Shown: positions 1-12,891, counted from the stretch's first letter. The stretch is DNA of 64,000 bases from Yuukianura sp. NJ FZ-2021 (GCA_046563655.1 CM102284.1:992001-1056000); one strand, 5' to 3'. Notes: generated by a model from the sequence alone, not told the origin. Numbers and translations are program-made.

Positions 1-1980
1 TGGTCCAGGGGTGACATTGAATTTCACGAGCTGTCCACTTGTACTCTAATTTCCTTTCTCTACTTACATATGGCGTTTACAACGGTTTATTTTTTTGTTT
101 ATACGTTCTAAAAAACCGCAAGTACCTTCTGGACCAGTGCTTTGTAATTTGACTTCTCCTGCAACACTATGTGGAATTGTGAGAATGACAATGACGCCGT
201 TTGAGTCTGGTTGGGGCATCGTGAGACTTAAATCTTCCAGCGGTGAGCCTGGAACGCAAAGTGGGTTTCCAGCACAGTAAGTTCCAAAAATTGAGAATTG
301 GATATCCGGTATTTCTTGATTCGGATTTTGAGACGTCGAGAAGTAGCCAGTAGCAAATGCCGCTGCAGGAACACTCAATGGTCCTGGAGGATTTTGCAAT
401 TATGAAAATTTCAGAGTTTCCAAAAAACGCAGTTTTTTTTTTAAATTTGTGTAATTTGGTGTTTCACATCTTGTTTTAAACATACCAGTTCCGTATTTCA
501 CGTAGTCTAGAAAGTCGGAGGCGTTGAGGTCACGTACAGCGTCATAGGCAACGTGATTGGCGGAAAATTCAAATCGATCAATCAATACAGTTACATGTTC
601 TTGGTAATTTTTTCCAACTGGCAAATCTCTCAAAACTGGAACCTAAAAAATAGTAAAACTTTTTTTTTATTAGTTTGTGAAGTTGGAGTGTATTCCTATG
701 CGTGTTATATGCAAGTGCGCGTTATACGAAAAGAAATGAACTAGTCTATAAAAAACACAGATTGACCTACATTTAGTTCTTCCAGATGCTCTCGAGGCCC
801 AATGCCAGACAACATGAGTATTTTGGGAGAGTCGATTGTACCTGCGCAGAGGATGATTTCTGTGTGCGCAGTGACGGTGCGTGTGACCCCGTGTCGAATG
901 TAGGTCACACTTCTTGCACGCATGTCTGCGTCCACATTGACCTTCATGACCCGAGCGTATCTGTACACTTTGAGATTTGGTCTGCCCAGCACAGGGCGAA
1001 GGAAGGCTTGGTAGGGACCCCATCTTCTCCCGCCATTAATGTTGTATTCATATAAATCGAAGGCGGGAGAATTGTGCACTCCAGTATTCAAATCTCCAAT
1101 GTTGCAACCTATCTCTTCACATGCTGCAAAAAAGTACTCCGAGGAAGGTGTGAATGTTGGCGAAGTCACGACGGCTTCTCCATCACTGTTGTGGTAACGA
1201 CTAAAAATCAGCAGGTTTAAGGAAAATATTGAAAAATACACTTAAAAACAAAAATTTCAAAAATTACGTGTCTATCGGTTGGTGTCTTCCAAAATACGCA
1301 TCGAATTTTTTGAAAAAGTGTAAAACACTGTTCCAGCTCCAAATGCTGTCGCCGGTTAGCTCCGCCCATTCGTCGTAGCAACTGCCTGCACAGCGCTGAT
1401 AAATCATGTAGTTCATGTTCCCGCTGCCGCCTAGTCCTTTGCCACGAATGGCGTGTAGCTTCTAAAACAAAAAACAAAACAAAGAAATTATGTTTTCAAA
1501 ATATTGAAACCAGGCTTATATCTTAAAAACCAAAAAACTATGAAATATTTGAATTATGATTTATTTATTATTATTATTTGAATTTTAGAATGAAGTTGGA
1601 AAGTATAAAATTACATTTCCAGTAGAATGGAAACTGTTTTCCTGTGGAACTGTGAAGTACTGGAAATCCGTGTCTGGAGTCACTTGGATTGGGGTATACA
1701 TGGGCACATCTTGTATTGGATCAGGATCTCCTCCAATGTCCAATAGGAGAACAGAGATTCCGAGGTCACTTGACAGGCGATTGGTCACTACTGACCCTGC
1801 TGACCCCCCTCCAACCACGATGTAGTCAAAAGTCTCTTCTTCCGCAAACAATCCAGCGTTCTGACTTTGTAGAAATTCGTTCCGATCAATATTTTCCCGC
1901 GTTTTTGCATTTTGTTTTAGAAAAAACGGAATTGAACTCAACACGCTCGTAAAAAATAGGACGTTACTCACTGCAGACAT
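1..1980 (-). CDS. GMC oxidoreductase (glucose dehydrogenase [FAD]-like), copy 1; multi-exon, 3' end runs off the window start
   Basis: FAD-binding motif FDYIVVGGGSAGSVVTNRLS; RGKGLGGSGNMNYMIYQR; EIILCAGTIDSPKILMLSGIGP; GT-AG introns; ATG at 1980. Confidence 0.92.
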
Positions 1981-2458
1981 CCTGTGATCCGAAAACCGTT
2001 CAAAAAAATTTTAAAATTTAGTCAAAAATTTTGGAGATGACAAAACCCTTATGCCTTCAGAGTTCAAGATGACGAACGATACTGAATCTAGAAGATAGAT
2101 AGGTGACTAGAAGATACTAAATGTTGTTAATGTCAAGCGTTAAAACTTAGTTAGTTAATTTGCGAAATTCTAATGACAGTGATGGTACCAGCAGGAACGG
2201 TTTATTGACCATTGAGTTTTAAGCATGAGTTCTGCATTATTGCAACACTTCCTGTTGAAATTGGCCTGAATTCAACACAACCTTGACCTAAAATCAGTCA
2301 AATTTGGGTCGTCGCTTCACGATAGTCAAGGCATGTACAAGTTCAATCATTCAATAAAGACTTTGGTGACTATGTCCTCTTTAGGTGAGTGAACTAAATT
2401 ATTATCTTTATTTATTATATTTATTATTATATGCATTAACTTTTTAATCATAGTTGAA

Positions 2459-5400
2459 TTACGTTTGATCTTGAATGATGAGGTGAGATGCAAGTTCTGC
2501 TATCATGAAAATCGGCGCCTGTGTGTTACAGTTTACGATTTTTGGCATCACTGAACCATCTACGACGCGTAATCCTTGGATTCCGATTACTCTAAAGAAT
2601 CGATTAAAAATCAAATAAAACCGCCAATTTTTTTTCATTTTTTTTGGTGTGTTAACAAACTTCAAATTTGAGTCCACAACACTTCTAGGATCATCAATTT
2701 TTCCTACAGACACAAAACCCATAAAAAAATTACTAAATTTCTTTTTGTGGGAAACATTTTGAAAATGTTTCTAAAATTTCTACCCATTCGACAAGTGCCA
2801 ACAGGATGCCAAATCGTTGCAGTGTAAAACCGAATGTAACACTCCCAAAAAGCATCACTACGAAATTCAAAATTTTCACACGTTTCTGGTACAGTTAGAA
2901 CCATTTTAGCGCCTAATTGTTGATATGTTGTGGAGTTTTCGTAAATTCCAATCATGAACTTAATACCTAAACAAAAACTCACATTTTTTCACTTTTTCAA
3001 AACAGAAGTTCAAAAATTTCTAAAATTTCAATTTTTTAAAAAATCTTTAGCTGTTTACCTTCGATGAGTCTGGGCATGTCTGTGGGGTCACTAAACAATT
3101 TCAGATCAATGACAGGCTCATCTAAGATTAACAAAGTTTCAACTGTCTAATTTAGACATAAAATATCAAAAAGGTATTGTTTGAATTTTTTAGAAATTTC
3201 ATATTTTTTAAAATTTACCATTGGGATCAGTGCTTTTAAGTGTAACTGTTCCATCAACTGAATTTGGAACAGTGAGTGTTATCACCAGGACATTTGAGTC
3301 AGGCTGTTCCGTCATCTCACCAATTTTGTCCAATGGAGAATTCGGCAAACACATTGGATTTCCGAAAGAGTACGTTCCAGAAATGATGTGCTGAATGTCA
3401 GGAATTTCTGGATCAGCATTTTGCGATGTCGAGTAGTAACCAGTAGCATAGAGGGCTCCAGGGACACTTAAGGGGCCTATTCCAAAAATGTAAAAAGTCA
3501 ACAAAGATAATAAGGGCCCTCTTCCAAAAAAGTCATAAAAGTTTAAACAAAAGACAAAATTTTACTTTTTCTTTCTCGGAATTGCATATTTTTTAGCAGT
3601 TTTTAGTCGTACCAGTTCCGCGGATGCGATATTCGAAAAAAGAGGAAGGTTTGAGGTCACGTGCTGGATCATAAGCCACGCCCCTACGGGAAAATTCAAA
3701 CCTGTCAATCACTGTAGCAACGTGTTCTTGCAGATTCTTCCCAACAGGTAAGTCCTTCACTACAGAAATCTAGCAACACACGTATTTACAAAAAAAGATT
3801 CAATGTTTTTGAAATTTTGAGAAAGTTTTTCCAATTTTGAATTTTTGTAATAATTCATGTTTGTTTACATTCAATGACTGAAGATGCTCTCGAGGCCCAA
3901 TGCCAGACAACATGAGTATTTTGGGAGAGTCGATTGTGCCTGCGCAGAGGATGATTTCTGTGTGCGCAGTGACGGTGCGTGTGACCCCGTGTCGAATGTA
4001 GGTCACACTTCTTGCACGCATGTCTGCGTCCACATTGACCTTCATGACCCGAGCGTATCTGTACACTTTGAGATTTGGTCTGCCCAGCACAGGGCGAAGG
4101 AAGGCTTGGTAGGGACCCCATCTTCTCCCGCCATTAATGTTGAATTCAACTAAATCGAAGGCGGGAGAATTGTGAACTCCGGAATTCAAATCTCCAATGT
4201 TACAACCCATCTCTTCACAGGCTGCAAAAAAGTACTCCGAGGAAGGTTTGAATGTTGGCGACGAAACGACGAGTTCTCCGTTGGCGTTATGATGTCGTCT
4301 GAAATGTTTGGAATATAAATAATATTAATATCAAATATAATAAATCTAAACTAATTAATTTTGAGTGTTATACCTGTCCATTGGTTGATGTCGTCCGACG
4401 TACCGCTCCGATTTCTTGAAATAGTGCAAAACGCTGTTCCAGCTCCAAATGCTGTCGCCAGTTAGCTCTGCCCATTCGTCATAAGTTCTGGCCGTTCCCC
4501 GCTGATACATCATGTAGTTCATGTTCCCAGATCCACCGAGTCCTCTACCCCGCACGTTATGCCACTTCTAAAAACATAATAAAGTATAATTATATATGAT
4601 TCACATAACAATACCTTCTGCATAATTAATATCATATAATAAAGCGTGCAATGTTTCGTCCCAGTAATAATTTGTAGTCTATAACTATAACCGAATTTTT
4701 AAAAAGGCCGCTTCACACTTCCAAGAGCTACTGCCGCCTTCCACCAAAATGTTGCCACGAATGGTGGGATCATGTTTTGGTGGGTTTCATTGGGGCGTTC
4801 ATGTGAAATTCAAAAATAGAAGCAAGTTGAGAAATTTTTCCAAAATTTCTTTCAAGCCAAGCTGGAATTTACGTTTTTTCAATAAAATGCATAAAACAAG
4901 CGCAATTTGACAAAAATGAATTTGTCTTGAAGAGTTTCTTTATATATAAACCTCACATTTTTTTTAATCAAGCAATCGACTTAAGTGTGGTGCTCGAGCA
5001 AGTGGTAGGTGGTCGGAAATTTTAAGTGGTAGGTGGTCGGTGGTCGGAAATTTTTCATGACACTGTGTCAGGTCAGAGGTCAAAGGTCAGATCAGCATTC
5101 GCCACAGCCTATGAGATATGTTAAGTGGTTCTTACATTTCCTGTGGCATAGAATGCGTCCTCCTGCGGAACCGAGTAGTATCCAAAATCTGTGACTGGAG
5201 TGATTTGGATTGATGCGTGCATCGGAACTTGTTGGAGTGGATCCGGATCCGTGCCAATGTCCAAAAGTAAAACGGAGTTGCGCATGTCAGTTGACAGGCG
5301 ATTGGTCACAACTGACCCCGCTGACCCTCCACCAATCACGATGTAGTCAAAAGTCTCCTCTTCCATGATTGGTCCACCAGACCTCTGAAAAGTTGTTCGA

Positions 5401-5492
5401 TCAAATGCTTCTTTGAACTGCGCATTTCGTTGCAATAGTAAAGGAATCGAACTCAACAAGTTCGCGTAAAATAGTACATTTGCTGAAGCCAT
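2459..5492 (-). CDS. GMC oxidoreductase, copy 2 (complete, multi-exon)
   Basis: FDYIVIGGGSAG, RGRGLGGSGNMNYMMYQRG, SPKILMLSGIGP, catalytic region TIWHPVGTCRMG and GLRVVDGSVMPKIVNCNTQAP (His/Asn pair); ATG 5492, stop 2459-2461. Confidence 0.93.
5070..5089 (+). promoter_or_regulatory. Triple nuclear-receptor half-site array AGGTCA-g-AGGTCA-a-AGGTCA (two overlapping DR1 elements) in intron 1 of GMC copy 2
   Basis: Motif read directly; function untested. Confidence 0.4.
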
Positions 5493-6068
5493 TTTCAAAT
5501 TAAAAAATTTAGTGCCAGAGAAAAAAATTGCAACTTTTTGGGGAAATTGTTTTTACAACTTTTGAAACAGACTGCTTAAATACAAAATTTTTAGATTAGC
5601 AACTTCCGCCGAAAAAGCAAATTTTTGACAAAATTTGGATGATTGACAAACTAATTTTTGTAATTTTCATTGAAATTTCAAAATAGCTGACATCTTGTCA
5701 TCGTTTTGAAAACAAGCTAACTACAACGGTTCAAACAAAACTGGAAAATTACAAACTAATGAAAAGAACAAAAGAAAATAAAAGTTTTTGGACAAATGAA
5801 ATTTTTGAAAACAATTGAAAAACATTTGATACGTCTGGATTTATTAAAAATGTAAACTGGGCTAATTATGCTCCTGATTTTACATTTAACATCACGATAA
5901 TAAAAAGAAACTCTTGTTTTATATTAAGTGATGCACCAGTTTTGAAATTTGTGTTATTTTTAGGAATGATCTTCCGGAAATTTTCTTTTTTTTTCATTGT
6001 CATCACTCGTAAGAAACAGCAGCCTTTGATTGCAGAAGAGGAGGGTGAAGGTCAAAGGTCATGTCATG

Positions 6069-8332
6069 TCAGTTCGCCGATTTCTTCTTTGTGTCGCAAT
6101 GAGAGCTTGTTCCTTTCTTTGTGCGCATGTAATCTGCAAAACGAAAAACAAATCGGATTTAGAATCTTAACATTTTAGATAAAAATCGCAACATTTTAGA
6201 CAAAAAATCACATTTTACGTAACAATTATAGTGATCTCATATTTATTGTTTCACTGAATTTCATTTTCCCGCTTCTTTTTTCAACATCTTCATCACCAAG
6301 TCTAAGTCATGTCACGCTGAAAAGCTCCGTTCCGGTGATAAACATCAAAAAAATACAATGACCATGAATCTGTAGGCGCAGTGTGTCAATGTTACAAACG
6401 CAGAAAAAAAAACTAAGGCAGGTGATTCTCTTTTAGCAAATTTTTTTGTGTGCAGAATTATGTTTTTGCACAACTTCAAGCGCTTTTTCCCTCTCGTTAC
6501 AGTAATAGTAAGGAAGGAACAATAAAGCAGGTGAAAGATGAAAAGATGATTTCACTATTTTCGCAATTTGAACGAGATCACGAATACTTCTAAGAAAAAA
6601 GTGGACTTCGGACACGCTCTTTTGACCTTGTGTTAAGGCCTACCTTAAGACAAACGAAAATCTTCCTCAAATAGAAAAAGAGGAGGACTTGAGACTTGGC
6701 AAACAAAGTGCAAAAAAGCTACCACTTTAAACTTACTAACAGTTTATCTTACGTAAGCTAGTCAGTCATAAGACCCTATTCCTCTTAAGTCCAAGTTTTC
6801 CCGCGCTACTGGATTCCTTTGTGCCAAATTCCTTCTGTCGTTCTTTAAGTAAATAGTGAATTGCAATTGGCAAAGAAATGATAAAAAGAAGAGAGAACGA
6901 CGAATGTCACGCCAAAGGACAAGATTAGTAAACACTCAACATTAAGACAGAAACAGACAGAATCTAAACTTGTGAGAATTTAAGTTATTATTATGTTTTT
7001 ACATTTATATGTAAATGAATTAAATTTAAACTAATTATTACGAAATTTAATCCAGGGATTGACTTAAAGCCTAACAAAGTGACAAAACACGAGTCACGAG
7101 TTGGAGTGACACCGACAAAGAGAAATTTCATAATCACTTTTTTTTTTCTAAAAAAAAGTTTTCAAAAACTTTCAGAAGCTTTGCTTTCTTTTGAAATTTT
7201 GAACATGATTAAATCCTGGGAACTTGGATTTTGGATGTGAAGCAACGCATCAATGCAATTGATATGAAATCTTATTATTGTTGAAGAAAAACGATACTAA
7301 ACTTGCTTTGTTATGTTAATTTGTAACCAGGATTTAAGACGATAACAACAAACATAAGTTTCGAAACGTTCCACGGTGAAAAGTCGAGATATTTTTTGAA
7401 AATTTGACTGGATTCGAAATTATGAAGAAAAGTAACAGAATTTATCTGAAAATGGTGATTACCTTTGATGGAGCGCTGGGTCAAAGGAGAACCATTGAAC
7501 TTCTTGGCAGTTGGAGGAGTTTGACATCCAGCCATATCAGCTGCCGGCCGGTGACTACTTTGATTAGCTGCTTGTTGGAATGAAGACAATTTGGATGAGG
7601 CCTGTCGTCTTGGCGATGCTGGAACAATAGGCTTGCCACCGTTGTCAATTTGTGGCAGAATTTTGGTCCAGACGTAGCGGTGGCAGTGATGAGGATCGTC
7701 GCATGGAGTGCCCGTTTCGGGGTCAAAGTTCCACCTTTCCCGGAAAAGTACGGTGGATGCTTCCCAGGAAGTCACCAGTTTCTGTCTGAGGACGGCAGTG
7801 TTGGGGTAACCGAAGAGTGACCTTGCTACTGGCAGTGTTTCTTCTGGATTCTCTTCTTCTGGCAGCCCTTCGTGTTCAATGTCACCCATTTCCATCGTCC
7901 TGCCTTCGACATTGGACTCTGTCAAGGACGGGGTGGTGTCTGACCTCTTCCTCGGTGGGACGGCTGACGCAGGAGCTGGAATCGACATAGGAGCGACAAT
8001 TGCTACTGGAATTTGATACGCTGCCAAATTCTGGATCCTTGGCACTTGAGCTTCAATTAATGGCACTGGATCAGAATCTGGCTTTCCGGGTCCACCCCCC
8101 GCCGATCCTGGAGGAGATCTGCCTCTCTTCCTTCTGTCAATTCAAAAACAAAACGATTATATTCTCAATAATCAATAAATAACATTGACGTGACACTCTG
8201 ACCATCCCCACCAGAATCGACATTGAAGAAATCGATTTCTGTACGATTGATTAATTTCTTTCACATGAATGAAACCGAAACATGGTAAATCACTTACTTT
8301 GGAAGTCGAGGTGATTGAACACTGTACGGCAT
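6069..8332 (-). CDS. Cip/Kip-family cyclin-dependent kinase inhibitor (dacapo/p21/p27-like), ~256 aa; exons 8298-8332, 7463-8133, 6069-6133
   Basis: CDI domain PVARSLFGYP...RERWNFDPETGTP...RYVWTKI (RxLFG, WNFD and YxW motifs); splicing gives the C-terminal PIP-degron-like QRSIKDYMRTKK; all junctions GT-AG and in phase (771 nt). The start codon is the least certain part. Confidence 0.82.
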
Positions 8333-9590
8333 AGTGGGATCGATGACTGGTTTATGGTTTATTCCAGAATGACTTGAATTGACGGAGCCAAATGCTGGAC
8401 GGAGGAGTTGAGGTGTGAAGAATTCGGTGTCTTGGGATCGACTGGGAGATGAGAGGTGATGCTGGACCTGAGATGGAGAAGGAAGCAAGGGATGAGGCAC
8501 GAGAGATGCGAGGATGACGAGGATCGTGTTTTTTTCTGGAAGTGGACGTTGATTCTGATATCGCGTGTTGTCTTCCCTCCATTGGTTGACACTTCGTCTC
8601 ACGTCAGTCACTTGTAACCAAACTAAGAATAAATTTAGTCACTAACTAAAGATATTGAATTAGATATTACTGTTTCATGAAGTTATGACACTAAACACTA
8701 TAATATTACTTTTTTTATAATGTCAATAAATAAACACAATAATATTACTATTTAATAATATTATGACGCGAAGCATTAAACAACTATAAACATGAAACAT
8801 GAATATGAAACACTATAAATAATTTAATGTAAGCCTAATCATTTAATATGTAATATAAGCTGCAAAAATATGGCGGTTGATTATTGGATTGGATTGAGTT
8901 TGATTGACTTCTGGGTACTTTTGAGTCCAAGTACCCGTAATAACCGGATGTATTCAAAGTTCATGCCTCTTCATGCTTTTTAATTTAAACCACATTTTAA
9001 TCTGACTGCATTTGAGTTTGATTTATTTTTAATCAACTAATTTAATTTTACATTTATTTTATTACATTATATTTACATTATTAATTTAAATTTACAATCA
9101 AAATAATTTCACCAAGGATTTATTTTTAGTTATAATTCTTAATGAATTCGAATTCCGAACAGAGCTGGCCTAGCATTGAGACTTTTACAGCATAGCTTTA
9201 CCAATAAGAATACCTTTATGCTCAATTTTTATTTAGTTGACGGAAAAATCTGAATGAACTAGACTATATAAGGCTTTTTACTTTTTTTCACTACGTATTT
9301 TTCAGAATATGAGTTTTGATCAAAAGTATTAGTAATTAACCGTATGTCAACCGCTCATTACAAATCCAATGCCAAAATAAACTCCTCTTTTTGTTTCAGT
9401 CTGAGTTCGTTGAAAGGAGCGGTCTTTTTCCCTCGCTTGTTCGTCCCTCCTCTCGGCGTCTCTCCTGGTCATGACGTTTCCCTCTTCTCCTTATGAGGGG
9501 GTAATTAACGCATTGGTAATGTACCAACTAATGTCAAGCAATTGTCAAAAGAATTCGGCAATAAAATCTAACCATAACGTTATCTGCGTT

Positions 9591-9666
9591 ATAAATATGT
9601 TTAAGACAATAGTACAAGTTACTAACTAGGCGTAGCAGCTTGAACTATTGTCTTAAATATGTTTAT
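9591..9666 (+). ncRNA. Candidate pre-miRNA-like hairpin
   Basis: 9591-9620 pairs with 9637-9666: 30-bp stem with 3 G:U pairs and 1 mismatch, 16-nt loop. Confidence 0.3.
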
Positions 9667-9828
9667 TTGTAAATTAACTGTAACTGCTATGTAAAGCAGT
9701 GATTACATGAACTGACGAAACGGGTGAGAGGGAGAGGCAGGTCCTCCTAAATTCCATAATTTTCATAATTTCTATAATTAATTAGTTTATAACTTGTTAT
9801 AATTCAACGAGTTTTTTTTTTAAATTAA

Positions 9829-10886
9829 TCATGGAATCGGTTTGAAAGGTGGAATTGTGCTGTTGATCAAAAATTGTACTTTTGGAGGAGCGGGAGTACT
9901 TGAAACAGTTTTTGACGCAAGGAGTGTAGCATTTCTGCGTTGATTTTTGCTGCGACTGTAACGTAATTTTGCGTCTGTGTATCGTTTTTTGATTTCTCTT
10001 GCAGTTGCAGCAGACGTAGTCGGTTGCGGTACAATTGAATTGATGAAGCCGAAAAAGAACGTGAGGTTGGGCGTCGCGTAGCAATTTAGTGCGTAAGGAG
10101 CCAACGTTCGCACTAAACTGCTCAGAACACACTGCACAAACGGTCCGTAACTCTGGCAGTAGTACTGGCTAGGTTCAAAAGCAGCTACAACATGAAAAAA
10201 GTTGAAAATTTCAAAATTTTGGACAATTTTTTGATTTCCAAATTTTGATTTTGAAATGTTACAGGCCATTTCCAAACATGGTTGAGCGTCACTGATGACC
10301 ACGTCCAGAATAATTTCAGGAATAGATTCTTGGAAGTAAAACAGAGCTTGTACTTCGTCCAAACGACCATCAGCTCCTAACTGTTAAAAAAAAAATCCAA
10401 AAACGAAAATCTTTTAATTTGAATTTTTTAAAAATTTCATTTTGAACAGCTTCTCTCTCACCACACCGACATCTTGCAGTACGCATTTAAAAAGACACTA
10501 AAACAGAAAATTCAATTAAGAAATATTTTAAATGCACTTTTTTTTTGTTCAGAATTTAAAAACCTCACGTAAAATCTGGTTCCAAGGTCAGTAATTTTGT
10601 TCATTTGAAACTTGCCGCCGAGGCAGTTGAGCGCCGCAGTGAGAAATCCTTGAACTAAATTTGAAATGTACTTTTTGCAAGTCCGTTCCGGTTCCACAAC
10701 TTCCGTGTCCGTTTCAGCGTCATCTTCGCCCAAACAGCCGGGAATCTACGAAATACAAGTTTTTCTGAAATTTTGTTTCAAAAACTCAAAATTTCTTAAA
10801 AAATTTTGTTTAGGTTTCCATACAATCTGGATTGTTAAAAATATTAGTCCAAACAGAACTGCTGTATTAGCACGAAAGTAGCGCAT
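9829..10886 (-). CDS. Odorant-binding-protein-like (PBP/GOBP fold) secreted protein, 5 exons, with extra cysteines and a C-terminal extension
   Basis: Signal peptide MRYFRANTAVLFGLIFLTIQI; spliced product shows ALNC...YCLFKCVLQDVGVLGADGRLD...AQPCLEM...YCQSYGPFVQC, i.e. C2-x3-C3 and C5-x8-C6 spacing. Confidence 0.75.
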
Positions 10887-11527
10887 TGTGCCAATTCTGA
10901 CAATTTTTCGGTGTGACAGATTGATGATGAGTCTATTTATATAAACACTAAATAGGTGCTGAAAGTTCATCCGGATGGAACGTTTTGTTCAAAAACTAGA
11001 AAAATGTAAATTAATTAGAAAAAATTAAAAAATTCATTCATTAGTTCATCAATTAAGGTGTTTGTTTGAGAAAGTCAAGGGTAGCTTCATTTCAATATGC
11101 TTGTTCAGAGACGGAAGTCCAGTGGTTCCGCTTTTCACCTCCGAGTTTACTGGAGCGAGGTCAATCCTCTCCATCGCTACTTTTTTTTTGAAAATGGCAA
11201 ACTATAACTTCCTCGTGATCGTGCAGTTCCACGGAATGGCATGCATCGATATCACTTGATCATGCTAAAAATGAATGAATGTGTCATAAAAAAAGTGTTT
11301 TTAGCACAGTGTGCTGTTTGCACTCACAAAACCTAACTTTTTAAAAAAAAAAAATTAAAGTGTATGACCTTGACTTTTGCAATTTAAGCCAGAGTGGAGT
11401 GAATGGTTTGGTCTTAAGGCCAAATTTTAATTAAAGTAGCTTGAAAAAATTAGTTCAAATTGTCCGTTCCTCAAGAATTCCTTAACCTTTTAGAGTTGTT
11501 AACGTTAATGACACTGCAGGCAGCGGA

Positions 11528-12891
11528 CTATGTGCCTGCTGCAGGCACTTCGTGCGGACAAAACAAGGTCATAGTGTTCTTGTAGACTGTTTCACTCAGG
11601 TCAGTTTCATCCATTCCTTTTAGAGCAGCAACTACCTCAAGAATGTTCCTGAAAATACGGTAAATAACTAGGATGAATTGCTAGATTTCAAACCGAAGTA
11701 TTTTTAGGCAAATTACAGTAAGGTCTGAGGTTCGTTTCGTTGTTTGAACATCGCGGACTCTGTCCACTTCTTGGTAGCTTCCAACTTGGTTCTTATGTAC
11801 TTAAATGAGGCATGCGAAGGTCGGATCCCGCACCAAGGTGAGTCTGTCTCCAACAGTAATCGGTTCGCCGGAATCTCTTTCACGATGGAGCAATTTTCTT
11901 CTGTTTTGAGCGAACTAAAACAAGGATGAATAATTAATCAAGTTTAGTTTAGCAATTAATGTTAAGCTCTACACTCCAGAGTATTAGTTTAGAATCATTC
12001 AAATTTTTTATCATAGCAGCTGTTTCTTACCATCCGTTGACTCCTATGTGAAGACCAAGAGCGATGAAACTTTGCATTTCCTCTAAACTTCCGTCAAAAG
12101 AGTGAACAACACCGCCGTGTGGCTTCCATGACTCGTCAGCTGAAAGTATTTCAGTCAATGCAGCGGCGGCTCCAGTTCCACGGCAATGTAGAAACAACGG
12201 TAACTTCATATACGGACTCAGCTCACTCAACTGTAACGTAAAAAATCTACAAAAAATAACGGTAACGATGTTTCAAAATCGAGAATATTCAGATTTATCG
12301 ATGTCATACCTCTTTTGGGTCTCGATATCACAGAAGTTTGTTCGGTCAAAGTCAAGTCCGAATTCGCCTAAAGCTACGACTGTGTCCTTCGCCGTGTCAT
12401 AAAGACATTTCAGCCGGTCAATGTACTTTTGAGGACTGTCAAATTTTGAAAGAAATTCAGAACATCTTGTCGGATGTACACCGATAGTAGAATGGAGTTT
12501 CAGCGTTCCTGGAATAAAGTTAATGAACCAATAAAAAAAAATTTCGGGAAATCGTAGCTCAAACGTCAAACATCGAAAATTACCATCGGCATGAGAAACC
12601 CGTTGAGATACAAATTCCGTTGCCTTCTCAGCTTCCTCAAGGTTTCCAGCAGTTACAAAGATTTTTTGAACTCCGATAACGTTGGCTCTTTTCAGCACAT
12701 GGACGAGGTCAGGGTCATGCTTCTTGGATCCATTGTATATTCCCAAATACATTTCATCCATCAAGTTTACTCCAATATCTGCATAAATCAAGTAATCAGA
12801 ATCAGACTCAGAAAACACATTTATCTTGAAATTTGAAAATGAGAAACCCATGAAAGATTAACTTACCGATTAATTTCAGACGGGTTCCCAT
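11528..12891 (-). CDS. TATDN1: TatD-family deoxyribonuclease (TATDN1-like), multi-exon
   Basis: MGTRLKLI|DIGVNLMDEMYLGIYNGSKKH, STIGVHPTRC, VVALGEFGLDFDR, LPLFLHCR, GGVVHSFDGS, LLLETDSPWCGIRPSH. Confidence 0.92.
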
